A stretch of 57,005 nucleotides of DNA, from the NCBI GenBank assembly GCA_032718475.1, contig JAUCBJ010009098.1, forward strand, positions 1-57,005, read 5' to 3'. A program made the translations under genes and the position numbers. The stretch comes from Nemertoderma westbladi (lineage: Eukaryota > Animalia > Xenacoelomorpha). Positions 1 to 10,404 of this stretch are shown here, piece after piece. How positions within the stretch are numbered: the first letter of the stretch is position 1; each line of letters begins with the position of its first letter. Under the pieces are notes generated by a model, which saw only the letters and a list, made by a program, of their open reading frames with translations, had not been told where the DNA came from and ran no database searches.

Positions 1-238
1 TGTTTGATTTATATTATTTGATTGGCTAGCTGTTTGATTTATATTCGTTGATTGGCTAGCTGTTTTATTTATATTCGTTGATTGGCTAGCTGTTTGATTT
101 ATATTCGTTGATTGGCTAGCTGTTTGATTTATATTCTTTGATTGGCTAGCTGTTTAATTTATATTCGTAGATTGGCTAGCTGTTTGATTTATATTTGTTG
201 ATTGGCTAGCTGTTTGATTTATATTCGTTGATTGGCTA
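1..238. repeat. 30-bp tandem repeat, about 8 copies (continues off the window start)
   Basis: Unit tgtttgatttatattcgttgattggctagc. Confidence 0.95.
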
Positions 239-963
239 TTTTATATTCAATGAATGCTGTTTCCATTTTGTGCATGATTTTTATAAAAAAGAGAATTCAG
301 ATAAGAGATCTATATTGTAATAAAGACTGATATTGAAGATTTAAATATTGGATTTTGTGCCTAATCAGATGCCATATTTAGAGGGTACTATATATTACAT
401 TTATTGATTAGTATACTAAGCATTATGTACTATATGAACCTTTTGAAAGAAGAATCACTTTTTAGCATTAAACCATATTGGATATATTCCACAGTGGTAA
501 GGAGTAAAATAAGGAGAACTCTAATTTCCTGATGGTATACATTTTTGGTTAGAGCTACCCATGCCTTTGCTTTCCCAACTTATGTGTCTTTCTTCTGCCA
601 TGACCCATGGTACACAGTACAAAACATAGAATATAAATATTAATAGAAATCAGGCTGCATGCACCACTTATGTAACTTATTTTACAGACTCTAAGTCCTG
701 CCTCCTCTTATGTAACAGTTAATGTTGTAAAAAATACTACACACACAAAATACTACTCACATTAATTACCTTATGTGTGAGAAGTCCATAAAACAGAGCA
801 ATCCAATCCAATAAACGCCCAGACTACAAAACAGAACGAATCTCTTCCCGGTGATCACATCGATTAAAAATCTAATACAGATGTATCACGGTTCCTAAAT
901 GTCCCTGTCAATGTAACCATAGCTACCTCATCAAAATCAATGGTCGTCTTCTGAAACATGGGT

Positions 964-2375
964 CAACAACTGGCTCTCCTTGTCCCGGCATGTCTCAACA
1001 ACTGGCTCTCCTTGTCCCGGCATGTTTCAAGAAATGGCTCTCCTTGTCCCGGCATGTTTCAAGAAATGGCTCTCCTTGTCCCGGCATGTCTCAAGAACTG
1101 GCTCTCCTTGTCCCGGCATGTCTCAAGAACTGGCTCTCCTTGTCCCGGCATGTCTCAAGAACTGGCTCTCCTTGTCCCGGCATGTCTCAAGAACTGGCTC
1201 TCCTTGTCCCGGCATGTCTCAACAACTGGCTCTCCTTGTCCCGACATGTTTCAAGAAATGGCTCTCCTTGTCCCGGCATGTCTCAAGAACTGGCTCTCCT
1301 TGTCCCGGCATGTCTCAAGAACTGGCTCTCCTTGTCCCGGCATGTCTCAACAACTGGCTCTCCTTGTCCCGACATGTCTCAACCCAACAACTGGCTCTCC
1401 TTGTCCCGGCATGTCTCAAGAACTGGCTCTCCTTGTCCCGGCATGTCTCAACAACTGGCTCTCCTTGTCCCGACATGTCTCAACCCAACAACTGGCTCTC
1501 CTTGTCCCGGCATGTCTCAACCCAACAACTGGCTCTCCTTGTCCCGGCATGTCTCAACAACTGGCTCTCCTTGTCCTGGCATGTCTCAAGAACTGGCTCT
1601 CCTTGTCCTGGCATGTCCTAAGAACTGGCTCTCCTTGTCCCGACATGTCTCAACCCAACAACTGGCTCTCCTTGTCCCGGCATGTCTCAACCCAACAACT
1701 GGCTCTCCTTGTCCCAACATGTCTCAACCCAACAACTGGCTCTCCTTGTCCCGGCATGCCTCAACCCAACAACTGGCTCTCCTTGTCCCAACATGTCTCA
1801 ACCCAACAACTGGCTCTCCTTGACCCGGCATGCCTCAACCCAACAACTGGCTCTCCTTGTCCCGGCATGTCTCAACCCAACAACTGGCTCTCCTTGTCCC
1901 GGCATGTCTCAACAACTGGCTCTCCTTGTCCTGGCATGTCTCAACAACTGGCTCTCCTTGTCCCGGCATGTCTCAACAACTGGCTCTCCTTATCCTGGCA
2001 TGTCTCAACAACTGGCTCTCCTTGTCCCGACATGTCTCAACCCAAGAACTGGCTCTCCTTGTCCCGGCATGTCTCAACCCAACAACTGGCTCTCCTTGTC
2101 CCGGCATGCCTCAACCCAACAACTGACTCTCCTTGTCCCGACATGTCTCAACCCAACAACTGGCTCTCCTTGTCCCGGCATGCCTCAACCCAACAACTGA
2201 CTCCCCTTGTCCCGGCATGTCTCAACCCAACAACTGACTCTCCTTGTCTCGGCATGTCTCAACCCAACAACTGGCTCTCCTTGTCCCGGCATGTCTCAAC
2301 AACTGGCTCTCCTTGTTCCAACATGTCTCAACCCAACAACTGGCTCTCCTTGTCCGAGTATGTCTCAACCCAACC
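964..2375. repeat. 32/37-bp minisatellite, about 40 copies
   Basis: Unit aactggctctccttgtcccggcatgtctcaac with an optional 5-nt ccaac insertion. It accounts for all ORFs at 958-2519. Confidence 0.95.
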
Positions 2376-2524
2376 CCAATTGCCATATTTATTTATCCTC
2401 CACAGCAACATATCAGTACCCCACAAGACGAAAACCAACTTGACCATCTCCAACTGCTCTCCAAATTGCAGAGTTTACACCTTAAATTAAATTATACCGG
2501 TACCCAAGGCATAGTGTAGTCCTA

Positions 2525-3790
2525 TTACTCCACTACTACTAGGTTCGTCATGCTGCAATGCAGCTGCATTTTTAAGAATGCTGTGTCGGATGGTCGACAA
2601 AATTGTGCCGCCACTCACCCATGACATTTGCTAGATCATCCGCATCTTCAAGGCCAGTATCCTTAAGATGCGTCTCAAGAAAGTCATGGGCTGTTCACCA
2701 CGGTTATTCAGTCCATGCATGAGGCTGCCAAAGCACAAGATTATGCACTGGCTGGTCCTCACAGCGAAAGCAATGTTCTGCAAAGCGGAGGCGGCGACTT
2801 TGTTCTAGTGTCAAGCTTGGGGGAACCAATGAGATACCTCCAGTTGCAACAGGGAAGACCAGTCATGCCGCGGTAAGGCAGATTTAGTTGTTCTGCTAGG
2901 ACGCAGACTAAGCCTTACCTTGGCCACAATAAGGCGGTGATCACTGGAGAAGGGTCGAAGTGTAAATGCATTACAGTCTTGTATAGAGCTCCTGTATTTC
3001 CTACGAAACCGAATATGGTCTATCTGGGACTTGTGACCACTGGGTCCACTATGAGTCCATAGCTTTCCAGTTCGCTTCTTGAACTGGGTTCCAGCCGAAA
3101 ACAATCCATTTCCAGAGATAAAATGCATTAAATGTTTGAAGTAGTTCCTTCAAACACGCTCGGTCCGGTCGTGTTGTAGAGTTTCTGTAGTTAGGTACAT
3201 TAGGTACCAGAGCCACTGAAGAAGGCCTGTTTAATTGTATTTGTCCACATTTATAATTTTGGGTTGAAATATCTGGCATTTATATAATATAATTACAGCG
3301 GCACCTAAAGATCACTTTATCCTTCCTTTATTAGACTTGCATTAAAGTCTCCCAGGAATGTTAAGAATGCATGCTGATCCACTCCATCAGTAGCTGCTTG
3401 TAGATTGTGGTAGAAATTTTCCACCTCCTCTACTGGGGCAACACTAGTTGGAGAGTAGCACACAATCAGAACCACCTTAGGAAACTTCTTAGCCAGTCTT
3501 CCAGAACATGAGAAGTGGCAACGGATGATGCGGTTAGAGATTTGGTCTATTTTGTCCAATGCTGCATGTGCAGTTGGATTCATCAATAGACCAATTACAC
3601 CATTGCCACTATCATCTGCTGATGCGAGGGCGAGTCGCCAACCGTCCCTTGAATACAAACTGAACAAAGAAAGCTTACTGCCAAGGCAGTCAGTTCAGCT
3701 TGTCGCATTGGGATCCTATTATTCCAAGGCGCCGAATCGCCGAATCAACTTGCCAGCCCAGCCGCTCCAACAAGCACATAGTAGACCTGT
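2525..3790 (-). mobile_element. Degenerate RTE-like LINE: APE endonuclease joined to the 3' end, RT core deleted
   Basis: Endonuclease motifs GNGVIGLL, VCYSPT, LGDFNA, WTH...SQIDHI and SDHRLI, broken by frameshifts. Then RRLRFAEHCFR.EDQPVHNLVLWQP...LKDTGLED and a (TAG)n-like tail near 2530-2542. Confidence 0.88.
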
Positions 3791-3867
3791 TTGAATCTAA
3801 CCCTGATCTTATAGCACTTATTAAAGTTAATTTACCCAGGAAAACCAAATGATCATGATGAATGAAA

Positions 3868-6817
3868 GGCCGATCCAGATTGGATCGGCCATAGCTGAAC
3901 AGCTGGTCGAGCCAGCATCCTGAGATTGGATCGGCCATAGCTGAACAGCTGGTCGAGCACTCAGCATCCGGAGATTGGATCGGCCATAGCTGAACAGCTG
4001 GTCGAGCCAGCATCCGGAGATTGGATCGGACATAGCTGAACAGCTGGTCGAGCCATCATCCTGAGATTGGATCGGCCATAGCTGAACAGCTGGTCGAGCC
4101 AGCCACCGGAGATTGGATCGGCCATAGCTGATCAGCTGGTCGAACAATCAGCATCCGGAGATTAGATCGGCCATAGCTGATCAGCTGGTCGAGCCAGCAT
4201 CCGGAGATTGGATCGGCCATAGCTGAACAGCTGGTCGAGGCAGCAACAGGAGATTGGATCGGCCATAGCTGAACAGCTGGTCGATCCAGCAACCGGAGAT
4301 TGGATCGGCCATAGCTGAACAGCTGGTCGAGGCAGCAACAGGAGATTGGATCGGCCATAGCTGAACAGCTGGTCGAGGCAGCAACAGGAGATTGGATCGG
4401 CCATAGCTGAACAGCTGGTCGAGCACTCAGCATCCGGAGATTGGAACGGCCATAGCTGAACTGCTGGTCGAGCACTCAGCAACCGGAGATTGGAACGGCC
4501 ATAGCTGAACAGCTGGCTGAGCCAGCAACCGGAGATTGAATCGGCCATCGTTGAACAGCTGGTCGAGCCAGCATCCTGAGATTGGATCGGCCATAGCTGA
4601 ACAGCTGGTCGAGCCAGCAACCGGAGATTGGATCGGCCATAGCTGAACAGCTGGCTGAGCCAGCAACCGGAGATTGAATCGGCCATAGCTGAACAGCTGG
4701 TCGAGCACTCAGCATCCGGAGATTGGATCGGCCATAGCTGAACAGCTGGTCGAGCCAGCAACCGGAGATTGAATCGGCCATAGTTGAACAGCTGGTCGAG
4801 CCAGCAACCGGAGATTGGAACGGCCATAGCTGAACAGCTTGTCGAGCCAGCATCCCGAGATTGAATCGGCAATAGCTGAACAGCTGGTCGAGCCAGCAAC
4901 CGGAGATTGGAAGGGCCATAGCTGAACAGCTGGACGAGCCAGCATCCCGAGATTGAATCGGCCATAGCTGAACAGCTGGTCGAGCCAGCATCCGGAGATT
5001 GGATCGGCCATAGCTGAACAGCTGGTCGAGCCAGCAACCGGAGATTGAATCGGCCATAGTTGAACAGCTGGTCGAGCACTCAGCATCCGGAGATTGGATG
5101 GGCCATAGCTGAACAGCTGGCTGAGCCAGCATCGGAGATTGAATCGGCCATAGTTGAACTGCTGGTCGAGCACTCAGCATCCGGAGATTGGAACGGCCAT
5201 AGCTGAACAGCTGGTCGAGCACTCAGCATCCGGAGATTGTATCGGCCATAGCTGAACAGCTGGTCGAGCACTCAGCATCCGGAGATTGAATCGGCCATAG
5301 TTGAACAGCTGGTCGCGCACTCAGCATCCGGAGATTGAATCGGCTATAGTTGAACAGCTGGTCGCGCACTCAGCATCCGGAGATTGGAACGGCCATAGCT
5401 GAACAGCTGGTCGAGCACTCAGCATCCGGAGATAGGATCGGCCATAGCTGAACAGCTGATCGAGCCAGCAACCGGAGATTGAATCGGCCATAGCTGAACA
5501 GCTGGTCGAGCACTCAGCATCCGGAGATTGAATCGGCCATAGTTGAACAGCTGGTCGCGAACTCAGCATCCGGAGATTGAATCGGCCATAGTTGAACAGC
5601 TGGTCGCGCACTCAGCATCCGGAGATTGAATCGGCCATAGCTGAACAGCTGGTCGAGCACTCAGCATCCGGAGATTGGAACGGCCATAGCTGAACAGCTG
5701 GTCGAGCACTCAGCATCCGGAGATTGGATCGGCCATAGCTGAACAGCTGATCGAGCCAGCAACCGGAGATTGAATCGGCCATAGTTGAACAGTTGGTAGA
5801 GCACTTAGCATCTGGAGATTGTATCGGCCATAGCTGAACAGCTGGTCGAGCCAGCAACCGGAGATTGAATCGGCCATAGCTTAACAGCTGATCGAGCCAG
5901 CAACCGGAGATTGGATCGGCCATAGCTGAACAGCTGGTCAAGCCAGCAACCGGAGATTGGAACGGCCATATCTGAACAGCTGGTCGAGCCAGCAACCGGA
6001 AATTGAATCAGCCATAGCTGAACAGCTGGTCGAGCACTCAGCATCCGGAGATTGAATCGGCCATAGTTGAACAGCTGGTCGAGCACTCAGCATCCGGAGA
6101 TTGGAACGGCCATAGCTGAACAGCTGGTCAAGCACTCAGCATCCGGAGATTGGATCGGCCACAGCTGAACAGGTGGTCGAGCACTCAGCATCCCGAGATT
6201 GAATCGGCCATAGCTGAACAGCTGGTCGAGCCAGCATCCGGAGATTGGATCGGCCATAGCTGAACAGCTGGTCGAGCCAGCAACCGGAGATTGAATCGGC
6301 CATAGTTCAACATCTGGTAGAGCACTCAGCATCTGGAGATTGTATCGGTCATAGCTGAACAGCTGGTCGAGCCAGCAACCGGAGACTGAATCGGCCATAG
6401 CTTAACAGCTGGTCGAGCCAGCAACCGGAGAATGGATTGGCCGTAGCTGAACAGCTGGTCGAGCACTCAGCATCTGGAGATTGGATCGGCCATAGTTGAA
6501 CAGTTGGTAGAGCACTCAGCATCTGGAGATTGTATCGGCCATAGCTGAACAGCTGGTCTAGCCAGCAACCGGAGATTGAATCGGCCATAGCTTAACAGCT
6601 GGTCGAGCCAGCAACCGGAGATTGGATCGGCCATAGCTGAACAGCTGGTCGAGCCAGCAACCGGATTGGATCGGCCATAGCTGAACAGCTGGTCGAGGCA
6701 GCAACCGGAGATTGGATCGGCCGTAGCTGAACAGCTGGTCGAGCACTCAGCATCCGGAGATTGGATCGGCCATAGCTGAACAGCTGGTCGAGCACTCATC
6801 ATCTGGAGATTGTATCG
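3868..6817. repeat. 46/49-bp GC-rich minisatellite, about 62 copies
   Basis: Unit gattggatcggccatagctgaacagctggtcgag(c|cact)cagcatccgga. Confidence 0.95.
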
Positions 6818-7944
6818 TTGACCGCACTGAGACAGACGATCTCCAGCTGCGTTGTTGCGGCTGCCTGTAGAGCCGCTTCGTTCTAATTGTAAATTAAAAA
6901 TCATAATTAAATTATTACCAAAAAGAAGTATAATTATTACTATTAACAATATTGTTGAGGATCAGCACTCATCTTATAAATGAAAAAGTAAAATACATTT
7001 TACTGAAATTTAAATAGTGGCAACTATTAGTTTTACAAACGAACATAGAGAGTAAGTGTAAAGAAATTAACGAGAATCCGAACAATGTAAAGTACTTTGA
7101 AAAAATTATAACATTACAAAACGACTTCTGATAAAAATCCGCTTATTGAACTTTTGTTGTAAAAAGTTGTTGTAAAGTGAAATATGTATCGTTGGTGGAA
7201 TTCCTCAACTTAATATAATAGGAATTATGAATGGACACAGAGCTCAACTCCTACAGCACTACTACAATGTAATATGTTGTCTCCTGGGTTTTTATGAGCT
7301 ACAAAACAACAAACTGATTATTAACTGTGTTAAGTAATGATGTAACACAAGCTGATCGTTGTCTGGTTTCCAACACAAATAGACTACACATTAATAGCAA
7401 ATATCCTTAACAAACCCTAATTAATATAATTATTAATATTAACATCCAAATCTGATACAAAACAAAGGCAGATTGGATTTCTACAAAAATATAAAACAAA
7501 ATACATTATTTAGAACGAACAAATTATATTGTATATAATTATCAAACAGTAAGGAAAAACGGAGTCTCTGTAAGATAAAACTGTGAGTGAAGTTTAAGAG
7601 AAACTGCTGCATTACGGGGCCCATAGCAACCAAGTCTATCCGTATTTGAATAAAAATCACAAAATGTGGCCTTTCATAAAAACAATACATTATTGTGTAA
7701 AATGTATTGTAATTAAGTTTTCCAATCCGAGTTGGTTTATTACAAGAGCGATGCGAGTGTTATAAAATGGGGAATGGTGTAAAGGGAATAGGATATTTAT
7801 TTTGCAAGGTGATTTACAGGATGAGCGCAACGAGCACCGGATGAAGTTAGTTGAGTCTGGTGATGTCAATGAAGTATAGTGTTAGTACAGGAATCGAGCT
7901 ACAAAGCCATGAAACTGTAAGGCATTTGCTATCATTCAAGGTTA

Positions 7945-8080
7945 GTTATCTACATAATCACTGCTCTCCGTTGGTGGTGTATTAGTTTATTATGGTTATC
8001 TACATAATCACTGCTCTCCGTTGGTGGTGTATTAGTTTATTATGGTTATCTACATAATCACTGCTCTCCGTTGGTGGTGT
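7945..8080. repeat. 50-bp tandem repeat, about 2.7 copies
   Basis: Unit gttatctacataatcactgctctccgttggtggtgtattagtttattatg. Confidence 0.9.
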
Positions 8081-8137
8081 GACTATTTTTGATTGTTTCT
8101 GGTCACTTTTTGTGATTTTTACCTAAAGTTCCATTCT

Positions 8138-8143
8138 TTTAAT
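8138..8143 (-). promoter_or_regulatory. Possible polyadenylation signal (ATTAAA) of CKAP5
   Basis: ATTAAA on the minus strand immediately downstream of the 26-bp array that follows the stop codon. Motif evidence only. Confidence 0.3.
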
Positions 8144-8159
8144 TATTGATGCTAGTAGC

Positions 8160-9691
8160 CCATTAACTCTGTCCCTGCCTGTGTCCCATTAACTCTGACC
8201 CGCCTGTGACCCACTAAATCTGTCCCCGCCCGAGTCCCATTAACTCTGTCCCCGCCTGTGTCCCATTAACTCTGTCCCCGCCTGTATCCCACTAACTATG
8301 ACCTGCCTGTGTCCCATTAACTCTGTCCCCGCCTGTGCCCCATTAACTCTGTCCCCGCCTGTGTCCACTAATTCTGACCCGCCTGTGTCCCACTAACTCT
8401 GTCCCCGCCTGTGTCCCATTAACTCTGTCCCCGCCTGTGTCCCATTAACTCTGTCCCCGCCTGTGTCCCATTAACTCTGTCCCCGCCTGTGCCCCATTAA
8501 CTCTGTCCCCGCCTGTGTCCACTAATTCTGACCCGCCTGTGTCCCACTAACTCTGTCCCCGCCTGTGTCCCATTAACTCTGTCCCCGCCTGTGTCCCATT
8601 AACTCTGTCCCAGCCTGTGTCCCATTAACTCTGCCCCCGCCTGTGTCCCATTAACTCTGTCCCCGCCTGTGTCCCATTAACTCTGTCCCCGCCTGTGTCC
8701 CACTAATTATGACCTGCCTGTGCCCCATTAACTCTGTCCCCGCCTGTGTCCCACTAATTCTGACCCGCCTGTGCCCCATTAACTCTGTCCCCGCCTGTGT
8801 CCCATTAACTCTGTCCCCGCCTGTGTCCCATTAACTCTGTCCCCGCTTGTGTCCCATTAACTCTGTCCCCGCCTGTGTCCCATTAACTCTGTCCCCGCAT
8901 GTGTCCCACTAATTCTGACCCGCCTGTGTCCCATTAACTCTGTCCCCGCATGTGTCCCGCTAACTCTAACCCCGCCTGTGTCCCATTAACTCTGTCCCCG
9001 CCTGTGTCCCATTAACTCTGTCCCCGCATGTGTCCCTCTAATTCTGACCCGCCTGTGTCCCATTAACTCTATCCCCGCCTGTGTCCCATTAACTCTGTCC
9101 CCGCCTGTGTCCCATTAACTCTGTCCCCGCCTGTGTCCCATTAACTCTGTCCCCGCTTGTGTCCCGCTAACTCTAACCTCGCCTGCGTCCCATTAACTCT
9201 GACCCGCCGTGACCCACTAAATCTGTCCCTGCCCGAGTCCCACTAACTCTGTCCCCGCCTGTGTCCCATTAACTCTGTCCTCGCCTGTGTCCCATTAACT
9301 CTGTCCCCGCCTGTCCCCGCCTGTGTCCCATTAACTCTGTCCCCGCATGTGTCCCACTAATTCTGACCCGCCTGTGTCCCATTAACTCTGTCCCCCCGCC
9401 TGTGTCCCATTAACTCTGTACCCCCGACTGTGTCCCATTAACTCTGTCCTCGCCTGTGTCCCATTAACTCTGTCCCCGCCTGTGTCCCATTAACTCTGTC
9501 CCCGCATGTGTCCCACTAATTCTGACCCGCCTGTGTCCCATTAACTCTGTCCCCGCATGTGTCCCGCTAACTCTAACCCCGCCTGTGTCCCATTAACTCT
9601 GTCCCCGCCTGTGTCCCATTAACTCTGTCCCCGCATGTGTCCCGCTAACTCTAACCCCGCCTGTGTCCCATTAACTCTGTCCCCCCGCCTG
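8160..9691. repeat. 25-26-bp minisatellite derived from the CKAP5 stop-codon region, about 58 copies
   Basis: Plus-strand unit cattaactctgtccccgcctgtgtcc. The terminal copy overlaps the last codons CAG GCG GGG GGA CAG AGT TAA. Confidence 0.95.
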
Positions 9692-10357
9692 TTTTATAAG
9701 CTCCAACCGCCTCTTTAGTTCCCCCATCGATGGGGTTCGGCCTTCCAACGAATCACCCGAATCGCTCCGATCCGTTAATGTTCCAACGATCTCGGTGACC
9801 ACCTCCGGCGGCATCTCATTGGCGGTCTCCGTGGTAACCGGTAGATTGAGCGCCGATCGGAACAACTCGAGTTTCTCCTCGGAAGTCCCGTTCACGGGGA
9901 CGTTGTTGCTCGCGACGCGATCTAACAGAGGCGCCCCCTTGTGGTGGAACTTCCGGATGTACCATAGGCCATTCCGAATAAACTTTCGTTTCTGTTCTGA
10001 GAACTCGGATAGTTTGGCGTCCATATCGTAGTCTGGGTTGGACTGCTTGTACTGATGCAGCGCCAGTAGACCCTGTTTCACGGTATCCTTGTTGCCGATC
10101 TGTTGGAATATAATCTCAACGGGTCCCAATGAACTCGGTATCTTTATGACGTCATCGTTGGCTACTTTAGTGTTGCTACGTCGTTTGATCTCCTTATTAA
10201 GAATCGCCTCGATCTCGCTGTTCTCTCTGTCCTCAATGAGTCCGAGGTGATGCAGGATAGCGCTGCCCTTAACGTCAACCATGTTGTGCAGGAGGGTCTT
10301 TACCGTTCGGAATATGTAATCGTCTTTGGCGCCATGCCAACCTCGCGATGGATGCAC
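9671..10357 (-). CDS. CKAP5: CKAP5 last coding exon (C-terminal tail)
   Basis: Acceptor acttaag|GTG. Translates VHPSRGW...FRTVKTLLH...IFQQIGNKDTVKQGLLALHQYK...ELKRRLELIK...QAGGQS, ending in TAA. Confidence 0.93.
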   Translation of the reverse strand: MHPSRGWHGAKDDYIFRTVKTLLHNMVDVKGSAILHHLGLIEDRENSEIEAILNKEIKRRSNTKVANDDVIKIPSSLGPVEIIFQQIGNKDTVKQGLLALHQYKQSNPDYDMDAKLSEFSEQKRKFIRNGLWYIRKFHHKGAPLLDRVASNNVPVNGTSEEKLELFRSALNLPVTTETANEMPPEVVTEIVGTLTDRSDSGDSLEGRTPSMGELKRRLELIKQAGGQS

Positions 10358-10404
10358 CTTAAGTAAACAAATAATTAAAATAACTAAACAACAACCTGAC
10401 TCTA

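Noticed and set aside
958-6949. Many long repetitive ORFs (e.g. 510 aa and 305 aa)
   Set aside because: They are open in several frames only because the minisatellite units lack stops, and the unit lengths are not multiples of 3. Only the endonuclease fragments at 2811-3667 are real relics.
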